NCBI GenBank assembly: GCA_000406005.1
Contig: ASZN01000015.1
Location: forward strand, 15,542 to 79,541
Direction of reading: 5' to 3'
Source of the DNA: Candidatus Poribacteria bacterium WGA-3G
Lineage (GTDB): Bacteria; Poribacteria; WGA-4E; WGA-3G
Length of the DNA: 64,000 bases
The notes beneath the pieces were generated by a model. It ran no database searches. It had not been told where the DNA came from and saw only the letters and a list, made by a program, of their open reading frames with translations. The position numbers and the translations under genes were made by a program. Positions 36,253 to 46,600 of the stretch are shown here, piece by piece (position 1 is the first letter of the stretch; every line of letters starts with the position of its first letter).

Positions 36253-37035
36253 CTATACGACTGCGGAGAGTCCACCATCAATATTGATTGCCGTTCCCGT
36301 GATGAACGAGGCACGGTCCGACACAAGGAATGCCACGAGATGTCCCACTTCACTCGGTTCGCCTAAACGTCCGAGCGGATGCTCCGCGCCACGTGCATCC
36401 CAATATTCGTCAAGCGTACCCGGAGAACCCGCTGCCTTCCAGGCGCGTTCGCCTTGCGCGCTTTTAATAGAAGTGAGACAGACAGTATTAACTAAGATTT
36501 TGTAAGGTAAAAGTTCTTTGGAGAGTGCTTTCGTCAAGGCAATACCTGCAGCACGACTCACCGAGGTCGGGCACGAACCCGCACCGGGCTGTTTGCCGCC
36601 GGGATGCGTGATATTGATAATCCTGCCGCCGCCGCTTTTTTTAATATGTGGGATTACCAACCGCGCACAACGGACTGCGCCCATCAATTTGAGGTCTAAG
36701 TCGTCATACCACGCCTCGTCGCTTGTGCTTTCAAAAGCACCACCTGCGGATCTGCCAGCGTTATTGACCAAAATGTCTATTTTGCCGAAATGGTCTGCGG
36801 TTTGTCCGATAAAATTTTCCAGTGTCTCCGGTTTCGTTACGTCTGCTGGGATAGCGAGTACGTCGCCACCGGTATGTGTCCGGATCTCTTCAGCGGCATC
36901 TGATAGGACGGTTTCCCGGCGTCCACAGATCGCGACTTTCGCACCCTCTTCACATAGACGGTGGGCAATGCCTTTACCAATTCCCTCGCTTCCACCGGTG
37001 ATAATCGCAACTTTTCCAGTCAATCCGAGTTCCAT
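36253..37035 (-). CDS. Short-chain dehydrogenase/reductase
   Basis: ITGGSEGIG, DILVNNAG, RLGEPSEV, ITGTAINIDGG. The YxxxK position reads PTSVSR (atypical). Confidence 0.9.
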   Translation of the reverse strand: MELGLTGKVAIITGGSEGIGKGIAHRLCEEGAKVAICGRRETVLSDAAEEIRTHTGGDVLAIPADVTKPETLENFIGQTADHFGKIDILVNNAGRSAGGAFESTSDEAWYDDLDLKLMGAVRCARLVIPHIKKSGGGRIINITHPGGKQPGAGSCPTSVSRAAGIALTKALSKELLPYKILVNTVCLTSIKSAQGERAWKAAGSPGTLDEYWDARGAEHPLGRLGEPSEVGHLVAFLVSDRASFITGTAINIDGGLSAVV

Positions 37036-37077
37036 GATACCTCCGTATTCTTTTTAAATGTAAGCGATGCTGCATTG

Positions 37078-38649
37078 CTATTGAATCAGCGAAGAGATCG
37101 CTTCCGGCACCGCCTTGAGTACATCGCTTGCAATAAGTCCGTGCATACCTAATCTCTCTGAGACGATGTCTCCTGCGAAACCGTGTATATAGACAGCAAG
37201 CACCGCTGCCCTTTCGCCTGATAAGCCTTGTGCCATCAATCCGGCGATGACACCTGTCAGGACATCTCCCATGCCCCCTGTTCCCATGCCCGGGTTACCG
37301 GTGGAATTGATCCACGCGTTTCCATTTGCGTCAGAAATAACCGTGGGCGCGCCTTTAAAAACGAGCGTTACACCGTGTTCACTCGCATACGTTTGTGCCG
37401 TACGGATTCTGTCTGCTTCTAATGTAGACACCGGCGTATCCGTTAACCGCGCCATCTCGCCGGGGTGTGGTGTTAGCACTGTCTCTCTATCTAAGAACGA
37501 CATGATTTCGGGAGTTCGCGCGATAGCGTTCAATCCATCAGCGTCAATAACCAACCTTAAGTTGAGTCTTTGTGCTCTGTTCTCACGTACCAATTGGCGT
37601 ACAAGTGCCACTGTATCCGGGTGTTGGGATATCCCGGGACCTATTGCAAGCACGGATTTCGCCGTTTCTGCGAATTCAAGGATGGCTGATATTGCCGATG
37701 CCGATAGGCTGCCTGCATCCGTTTCTGGCAACGGAAGCGTCATTACCTCTGGCAACAGAGCTTCTAAGATCGGATTCAAATGTGTTGGGACCGCGAGCGT
37801 TACCAGTCCTGCACCAGCGCGCAAAGCTGCTTCACTTGTGAGTGCTGCCGCACCTGTCATACCGGTAGAACCCGCGACGACAAGCACACGACCATAACTC
37901 CCTTTGTGTGAAGTGGACGGACGTTGCGGTATCCATTCTGATGCTTGTACTGCCGTTGTCCACTGGACCTTAATACCTTGGGTGTCCACAACCTGTTCAG
38001 GGAAGCCGATGTCAACGACTTCCAGTTCACCAGCAAGCTCGGCACCCGGATGCACTAACAATCCTCTTTTAGGCAAACCTATGGTTACCGTTCGGTCTGC
38101 TTGCACACAGATGCCCAACGGATTTCCTGTATCCGCATCAAGACCGGAGGGTAGATCAACGGAGAGGATAGGTGTGGAGAGGCTATTGATAGCATCAATG
38201 AGGCTGGCAATTGAATCGCGGACTGCTCCGCGCAGCCCTGTACCGAAAATGGCATCGATCAAGAGTTCACAATTCGCTAAGGTAGTAGACACAGTCCCTG
38301 TGCCGTAAAACCCTGTGTCCGTCAGGATTTCCTCAATTTGTAACCCTAAACGTTTCACAATCTGAAGATTAATATCTGCCTCGCCTGTGAAACTGTCTGC
38401 TGGCGAGACGAGGAAGATATGCACATCGTGCCCGGTGTGTGCAAGTTGGCGTGCGATGACCAAACCGTCGCCACCGTTATTGCCTTTGCCGACAAGGATA
38501 CCAATCCGTTGTGCTGTTGGATAGTGCTGTTCAATCGCGCCGACAATGGCACTCCCAGCAGTCTCCATGAGAACGATGCCGGGAATGCCGATGCCTTCAA
38601 TAGTATCCTGATCGATTTGACGCATTTCCGCCGCAGTCACGACTTTCAT
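37078..38649 (-). CDS. nnr: Bifunctional NAD(P)H-hydrate epimerase/dehydratase (YjeF)
   Basis: LMETAG, GKGNNGGDG, DAIFGTG, SVDLPSG, HKGSYG, VIDADGL, LTPHPGE, TGGMGDVLTG. Confidence 0.93.
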   Translation of the reverse strand: MKVVTAAEMRQIDQDTIEGIGIPGIVLMETAGSAIVGAIEQHYPTAQRIGILVGKGNNGGDGLVIARQLAHTGHDVHIFLVSPADSFTGEADINLQIVKRLGLQIEEILTDTGFYGTGTVSTTLANCELLIDAIFGTGLRGAVRDSIASLIDAINSLSTPILSVDLPSGLDADTGNPLGICVQADRTVTIGLPKRGLLVHPGAELAGELEVVDIGFPEQVVDTQGIKVQWTTAVQASEWIPQRPSTSHKGSYGRVLVVAGSTGMTGAAALTSEAALRAGAGLVTLAVPTHLNPILEALLPEVMTLPLPETDAGSLSASAISAILEFAETAKSVLAIGPGISQHPDTVALVRQLVRENRAQRLNLRLVIDADGLNAIARTPEIMSFLDRETVLTPHPGEMARLTDTPVSTLEADRIRTAQTYASEHGVTLVFKGAPTVISDANGNAWINSTGNPGMGTGGMGDVLTGVIAGLMAQGLSGERAAVLAVYIHGFAGDIVSERLGMHGLIASDVLKAVPEAISSLIQ

Positions 38650-39053
38650 GCAGCACTGTCCTGAAGTTTTTCAGCAAGCACTAACAAGTGTGCTTCCATC
38701 TGGTGGGCTGCCTGTTTTAAACTTTCCTGTTCTATCTGTACCTCCTGAACTCGCTCGTCTTGATGTGTCTGAAGGCAGAAGTTCAGATTTGTGCGAAGAT
38801 CAAACAGGCTCTGTTGGATATGATCTTGGAACGAGCCTTCTGGATACATCCACCGCCTACCGCGGGTCTGTCGCAAATTAAAGTGACAATGTCCATTATC
38901 ACCACCAAAGCAGTCGAAACGCATAATTTCGTCGTCGTAGACGTACAGTGATGCTGCCGGACCGCGTCCGCCGGCATCATCACGCCAATATGCCTGGAGT
39001 CGGACGTTATCCTGTATCGGATATTCCACGAGGTCATGTTTTCGATTTGCCAT
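38646..39053 (-). CDS. Hypothetical protein with RFDCF...HCH motif
   Basis: ATG 39053 follows AAGGAGG; 4-bp overlap with the nnr start. Confidence 0.7.
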   Translation of the reverse strand: MANRKHDLVEYPIQDNVRLQAYWRDDAGGRGPAASLYVYDDEIMRFDCFGGDNGHCHFNLRQTRGRRWMYPEGSFQDHIQQSLFDLRTNLNFCLQTHQDERVQEVQIEQESLKQAAHQMEAHLLVLAEKLQDSAA

Positions 39054-39217
39054 CTGTAGTCCCTCCTTGGGTATTTCTACGGGGTTAAAAGAACCACGCC
39101 TACAGTAACAGAAAAAAGTAACTTGAATTTCAACCAGAGTTGCGCTAAAGTATAGCAGCGTCAAACGCAAGAGTCAACATCTAAATTACACAAAATCGTA
39201 CCGAAAGGAAATTTACT

Positions 39218-40219
39218 ATGGCAGCTTTTAAGGCAGGGATCATCGGTTGTGGTGGACGTGGACGCTCCCATGCCCGCGGGTATCACGCATCTCCAGATGT
39301 TCAGATCGTCGCGTGTTCCGATCCGTTTGCAGACGCACGGGACGCTTTCGCAGAGCAGTTTGAGGTCCCCAACACCTACGAAAATTATGAAGAGATGTTG
39401 GAAAAAGAAGCGCTCGATTTCGTCAGCGTTTGCACCTGGATCGCACTCCATAGGGATATGGTCATCGCTGCTGCGAACAGCGGCATTAAAGCCATCCATT
39501 CCGAGAAACCCATGGCACCGACATGGGGCGATGCAAAAGCACTCTATCAGGCGTGTGTTGATAACGAGGTCGTCATAACATTCTGTCATCAACGCCGTTT
39601 CGGTGCACAGTTCATAAAAGCGAAGCAGTTGGCAAACGAAGGCGCGATTGGTGAACTCCGACGACTTGAAGGGTCATGCCCAAATTTGCTTGACTGGGGA
39701 ACACACTGGTTCGATATGTTCCTTTTTTATAATAATGACGAACCTGTTGACTGGGTAATTGGTCAAATAGATGTAGCAGAAGAGAAACGCGTCTTCGGAA
39801 CGCAAGTTGAGACGAGTGGTTTATCATGGATCCGATGGAAAAATGGTGTCGAAGGCTTGTTGACCACCGGTGGTGTCTCTTTAAACGGGTTCTCGAATCG
39901 TCTCATCGGGACGGACGGGATTATTGATGTCGGCGGCGGCGCACCCGTCCGACTGCTCCGCGCAGGTTCGGACGGCTGGGAAACCCCTGATTTAAGCGAT
40001 ATTCCCAAAGGCGACGATACCGTCCTCTCTGTGCTTGATCTGGTTGACAGCGTTAAAACAGGACGCGAACCAGAACTCAGCGGACGCAAGGCAATTCAGG
40101 GCGCGGAACTCATTTTCGCAACCTATGAATCGAGTAGACGGCGGGCGAAAATCATTTTACCACTCACGGTTGACGATTCCGCATTATTGACGATGGTCGC
40201 CAATGGCGAAATCGGTTAA
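39218..40219 (+). CDS. Gfo/Idh/MocA family oxidoreductase
   Basis: AGIIGCGGRG, IHSEKPMA, WGTHWFD; paralog of 15352..16416. Confidence 0.9.
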   Translation: MAAFKAGIIGCGGRGRSHARGYHASPDVQIVACSDPFADARDAFAEQFEVPNTYENYEEMLEKEALDFVSVCTWIALHRDMVIAAANSGIKAIHSEKPMAPTWGDAKALYQACVDNEVVITFCHQRRFGAQFIKAKQLANEGAIGELRRLEGSCPNLLDWGTHWFDMFLFYNNDEPVDWVIGQIDVAEEKRVFGTQVETSGLSWIRWKNGVEGLLTTGGVSLNGFSNRLIGTDGIIDVGGGAPVRLLRAGSDGWETPDLSDIPKGDDTVLSVLDLVDSVKTGREPELSGRKAIQGAELIFATYESSRRRAKIILPLTVDDSALLTMVANGEIG

Positions 40220-40238
40220 CCGCTGTTCTATAACCTGC

Positions 40239-40272
40239 AGGCGCGGTTTAATGAAGATTCACAACCGCGCCT
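40239..40272 (+). terminator. Hairpin after oxidoreductase
   Basis: AGGCGCGGTT-N14-AACCGCGCCT, 20 bp after the stop codon. Confidence 0.5.
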
Positions 40273-40634
40273 TGTCCTCGTATTACATTCCTTGCAGTTT
40301 TCTGTAATTTTAATCAACCTAATTGGGTTTTTTGCGTCTAATCATCATAAAGGGGTTGCTGTGCATTTATCCCAAAGAGCATCATATTAAAGGATTCAGA
40401 AGCAGTCAATAGATACAAAAAAGTTCTCGACACACTCCCTTTGATGTCAGAGGCGTGCGCAATAGAGTGTCCTATGTGCAAAAAACACATATTTTAAATG
40501 CCGCTTGCTGTATCAAAACGTGGAGGTGCCGATACCGGCGTAGGACAACCGAACCTGCCCGGAAAATTTGTGAATCAACGCGAAGCACCGAACCTTGGCA
40601 ATTTTTCGGACTCGCGAAAAGCAGGGAGAAACGA

Positions 40635-43600
40635 GTGTCAAAAACTAAAAATATGTCCGGTGTTACTTACGAGCCGGAACACAAAAGTCGAAACCAACTG
40701 AAGTTTGCTATCATAAGTCAGATTTTCGTCTGTCTCACAATGTTAATCGGGGCCGCCAATGTTTGGGCAGTCCCTACTCTGACGGTGACCGCCGAGCTTA
40801 CCGAATTTTCTCCCAACCAGGATGGTGTCCTTGATACTGTCACTGTCTATTATAGTATAAGCGAAGCTGTTGACCAAAGTGAATTGCAATTTTTACTGAA
40901 AACGGGTGATACCGAAACGCCATTTGGACAACCTGTTCCCCTTGCGAAAAGCGAAGGCGGACATACCTTCCGATGGGATGGAGGAGACCAGAATTTCAAA
41001 GTCTTTCCAGATGGGCAGTACGTACTAAAATTTCAAGTCGAGGCAGCCGGTAGTACCTACTCGGCTGAAACAAATCCTATTACCATTGATACACAAGTGC
41101 CTATAATATCCAGTGTTGTTACGAATGACAATCTAATGCTCGTTGATGGCGTTTTTATCAATTCCCCCATCCACTCAATTCAGGGGACAGCGGATGCCGC
41201 AGGCGGTGCTCCCATTGATCTTACCGCCTCGGAAACCAGTATTACTGTGAAAACACAACGAGGGGCTACTATAAAAGGAAATCTCAGTTACAACCAAACA
41301 TCATTAACGTTTGCCTTTGGCAATCGTTTGGACACAGCATCCGAAAATGGGAAATATACCGCCGCAATCGCTGTCACTGATAGAGCCGGAAACGTTGCTC
41401 AAAGAACATTAGATTTCACTTTTGATAACGTCGCACCTAATTTGACAGAGGTTGCTATCTCAAACGGCAAGTTAATACCTGGAGATGGGGTTAGCGGCAC
41501 CCTAGATTTTGTTGAGGCAACGCTCAGTGATAACCTTCAGAACGGTCAAGACCTCTCTGACTCCACGATTCGTCTTACTGGACCCAATGGCACTGTCTTA
41601 GGACGACAGACACAACCTGTCGCTAATAAAATCCGTTGGATATTCTTGTCGCCGCTCTTGGCGCGGGACGGCCTCATGGACGGTCTGTACACAATTGAGA
41701 TTAACGCCGTCGATAAGGCGGGAAACCAAACAGGTGCTTTACAAATACCTTTTATTTTTGATAACCTGCCACCCGTTGTTACCTTAGGTGCTACAGAAGA
41801 ATCTCCGTTCACACTAAATCAGGACACGATTTACCACGCACAACCGCTTTCACGGATTGTCGCAACCTTTGATGATGCCGGTATCGGTGTCAACTTGCGA
41901 GGCGACACTCGGATCGTTTTCGGAACCAGGAATGCTGATGGCGGACTCAATACACTTCCCGGACGCGTCGTGCTCGCACAGGAGAGTGGTCAATTAACTT
42001 ACATCTTGGAAAGACCGCTGACGAGTCGAGACGGAAGCCAAGATGGACACTATGTCCTCAACGTTCAGGCAACGGACACCCTCGGCAATACGAAGACTTA
42101 CAACTACGATTTTGTCTACGATACACAGATTCCCGCACTCGTTTCTACGCTCCCAGCTGCGAATCAGACGGTCTCAGAGCTCTCGGAAGTTCGCGTTGTA
42201 CTTGATGAGACAACCAGCGGTATCGATTTCATTCAGAGCACCTTCCGATTAACTCACGATGTCAATGGAGAGGTGCCTGTAAATCTAACGAGTAACGGCA
42301 CAGATGCAGCGACTTTGACACTCGCACAACCCATTGCTTTAGACGGCTCCGATGAAGGCACCTACACAATCGAAATCTCACCGACCGACTTAGCCGGGAA
42401 CGTCGGTGTTACCGTTCAACGTGAATTCTACTTCGTGAGTCAAATCCGACCTGAGATTCGATTAACCATGCCGGAGACTAAAACGGTCAACAACCTGACG
42501 ACGGTTACTGCGGAACTCACCGGCTATATCGGTGCCGGGATTGATTTCGATGCGTCAACACTGACCGTCAGCAACGCGCAAGGCACCCTGATCACACAGA
42601 CCGAACCTGAACACGATAGCGTCAATAACTTGTTGATTTGGAACATTGACGGCACGATTCCACGCGATGGCAGTGCCGATGGTGAATATACCGTAACTGC
42701 GACATTCGTCGATTTTACCGGACAACGTTTAACACAACAATTTCAACTCTCTTTCGATACACGAATCCCAGCAGTCACTTCAGTCTTGATTGGCGGTAAA
42801 CTCGGCGTTATCGTTTACGTCAACGGTGACGCTTCGGACATCGTCGCTAATTTCGCTGATTTGAGTGGTGCCGGGTTAGACTTGGATGAGGGCGGGTCAA
42901 CGATCTCGGTAACGAGTGCTGAGGGGCTCCCTATTCCCGGTATTACAACCGCTAACGGCACAGATCAGTTGACGTGGATACCCATAGTACTTCCCACCAA
43001 CGGCAGTGCTGATGGAAGTTATACCGTCATCGTTACACCGAAAGACAAAGCCGGTAGGCAAGGCGATGTTACGTATCGTCAATTCGTCTACGATACACAG
43101 GAACCACGCATTACAGATGCTACACCGATTTCATTGACGCAACCCGTTACTTATATCGGCGGCATTCTCTCGCAATTTCAGTTTACCGTTGAAGATGTCG
43201 GACCTGCCGGTTTAGAACTCTCGGAACAGACGATAGAACTCCTTGATCCCCAAGGGGATTCCGTTAGTGCCACGCTGACGTTTGATGAGATAAGCAGTCA
43301 GTTGTATCTCACGCTTGACTCTCCCCTCGCACAAGATGGCAGTGCCGATGGCGAATATAAGGTAAAATTACCGCTTGTTGATAGATCCGGAAATGTTTCG
43401 GATTCGGAGCATGTCTTCGTTTACGATTCTCAAGTGCCTCGTATCTCCTCCGTCTCGATAAACACCGAATCATCTTTAGAACTGCTCCCACAAGAGATTG
43501 CCGAAGTTTCGGAATCTATCAGCAGTATCACGCTCCAATTTGAGGAAGCGACCCGTGTTGATTTCGCGAATACCGTCGTCAGTTTGATCGGTCCCGACGG

Positions 43601-46600
43601 GCAACCCATTCCAATCAATATTTCCCCTGATGGTCTTACGCAACTTACCGCACGCTTCGTCGCACTTACCCAAGCAGGATTGTATACACTCTCTGTCACA
43701 CCGCAAGACATAGCAGGTAATGTTGCACAAGGTGCCCTACAATACGCATTTCGACTCGATTTCGTCTTGCCGAGTGTGAGTGTTGTCGAATTGGGGGCGC
43801 AGATTGGCGATGTTGTTTTCCTCAACGATAGTAATACTACGATCGTCGCTACTTTGATTGATGGTACAGGTTCCGGACTCGCTTTAGGCGATGGGGGTTC
43901 AAGCGTTGTTGTGACGGGACCTTCAGAAGCAGTTGTCCCCGGTCAGACGCGCACAATCGGAACGAACCAGTTGGTATGGCAACCGATATCTCTGCCGACT
44001 GATGGGAGTGCTGATGGTCGATATACCGTCACGATTACACCCATTGATCAAGCCGGAAGACAGGGCGATGTCGTTCATCGTGAGTTTATCTATGATACCG
44101 AGGTGCCTCGGATAACCGCATCTTCTCCCCTCACTTTGAGTCAACCCGTCTCCTATATCAGTGGCGGCTTAGATCAGTTTTCGTTTACTGTTGAAGATGT
44201 GGGACCAGCGGATCTGCTTCTGGAATCGCAAACAATTGAGTTGATAGACAGTGCAGATGGTGTCGTTCCAGCAACCTTGACGTTTGACGAACTAACAAAC
44301 CAACTCTATTTGACGTTGGCGACCCCGTTTGCTCGAGATGGTAGTGTTGACGGCGCATATACCATGCGGTTATCTCTCGTTGACAGAGCAGGCAACGTTC
44401 TAAATGTCGGGCACACTTTGATCTATGATTCTCAAGCACCCCAGCTCGCTTTGGTGATGGCGGATACGGAGACACCCATCGAACTTATCCCACAAAGCAC
44501 CACCGAGATTTTAGAACCTGTCAGCAGTATTACCCTCCACTTTGACGAAGCAACGAGAGTTGATTTCGCGAATACCGTTGTTACGCTGGTAAGTTCTGGT
44601 GCCTCTACAACAACTGGTGGTACTGAAGTTGTAGAGATTCCGATCACATTGCAAGATAACGGCACGTCTCAAATGACCGTCCGTTTCGTGGAATTGAACC
44701 AACTTGATACATACCTACTCTCTGTTACACCCCAGGATATAGCAGGGAACGTCTCACCGGCACCAACGAATTACACGTTTGTTCTTGATATACCGTTGCC
44801 GGTTGTCAGTTCTGTCGTTATAGGCGATATCGAGACGGCAGCTGGCGGCGATGTTGTTTACATCAATGCAAGTAACACGATTATCGGTGCAGTACTTGAA
44901 GACCCATCAGAGACAGGATTAGATTTCAGTAACGATGGTTCGAAGATTACCGTCGCAGACACGGATAACTTAATCGTTCGCGGAGTAACAGGGGCTAACG
45001 GCGTGGACCTCCTTATATGGGAACCGGCAACCTTCACAACCGACGGTACAACAGATGGGAGATACGGCGTATATGTTACCCCTGTTGACAAAGCGGGGCG
45101 TGAGGGAAATATTGTTTATCGTGAGTTTATCTATGATACGCAGGAACCGGAGATTAGTGACGCTGAACCAATTGACCTGAGCCAACCCGTTTCCTATATC
45201 AGTGAGAGTCTAAGGCAGTTCCGATTCACTGTAGCGGATGTTGGGCCCGCGGACCTCGTGTTAGCAGATCAAATTGTTAGCCTACGCGATGCCAGTGGGA
45301 ACTTGGTTCCAGCGCGCCTCACAAACGATACCGGAAACCAGGTTTTCCTTACGCTTGACCAACCCTTACCGCGGGACGGTAGTATGGATGGTGAATATAC
45401 CGTCGTTATTGCCTTCGCAGATAGAGCAGGGAACGCACTCAATATTGAACATACGCTTATCTATGACACGCAAGCGCCGACCGTCGTTAGCACAGTCCCT
45501 GCTAATGGTGCATTCCTGACTGAGGATATTACACAGATACAGGTAACACTCAATGATGAAGGTGGGAGTGAGATCGACTGGTCAATGACAACAATCACAC
45601 TCGTGAACCCGAGTGGACAGCAGATAGCGGGCGAACTCGTCAATAATGGCACAACAACGTTGACGCTTAGCACCAATCAACTCGTTGAGGATGGACAATA
45701 TATCGTCCGCGTTCAGGCTATTGACCGAGCAGGGAACGGCGGTGTAACATCGCTTGATCGGAGTTTTGTGCTGTCGAGAAGTTTACCTGTCATCACTTCT
45801 ACAGAACCCAGAACCGCACCAGCGGACGAAGCGTTTACCAATGAAGAAATTGAACAGATAGAGGTGAATCTCGAAACCGATGATGCCAACCATCTCTCAA
45901 CGCTTCGGCTCTTAAATCCTGCGAACCAAGTCGTCGCAGGGAAGCAGGAGCGCGCGAGCGGTAGGTTAATCTATAATCTCGTACGTCCACTCGCAACTGA
46001 CGGCTCCGAAGACGGTATCTATACCATTGAGTTTACACCTATCAGTGCTTCTGGTCGAAGCGGCGAAGTTCAGCGATTGACCTTCACCTACGACACACAG
46101 GCACCAGAAATTGAGAGCGATGATGCAATCCAATTCGTCGTCGCTGAATCTGCAGGTAATAATTCATTGACCGAGATTCGCGTCACTCCAACTGACGACA
46201 CGTCCGGGATTGATTGGGAAAATCTTGACGATGCGTGGGTAACTTTTCAGCAGATGTCCCCGAACCGCGCAAAAGTGTCAGGACGCGTTTCTGAGGATAG
46301 ACAAGGCACACTGATTTTCCTTCTAACAGTTCCACTCGCAGACAACGGTTCTGCTGATGGCGAGTATCAGATTACTGTTAACCCCGTAGACCGGGCAGGG
46401 AACGATGATGAACCCTATGAAAGGGTCTTCGTCTACGATACCAGGCCGCCAATGATTGATGTGAGCACACTGCTTATAAATGAGGTACCCCTGCTGGTTG
46501 ACATTGATGCCGAGAACTATCCGAGCGCGATTTCTACAACCGGTGGCGTCGTTATACAAGTAAGTATCTTTGATACAGGTTTAGGTGTCAACCTCACACA

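Noticed and set aside
40455-40634. Long N-terminal extension of the giant protein, and similar extensions at 13557, 17853, 39170, 54249, 61361 and 62215
   Set aside because: Downstream starts have better RBS or signal-peptide context; the extensions run through repeats or promoter DNA.
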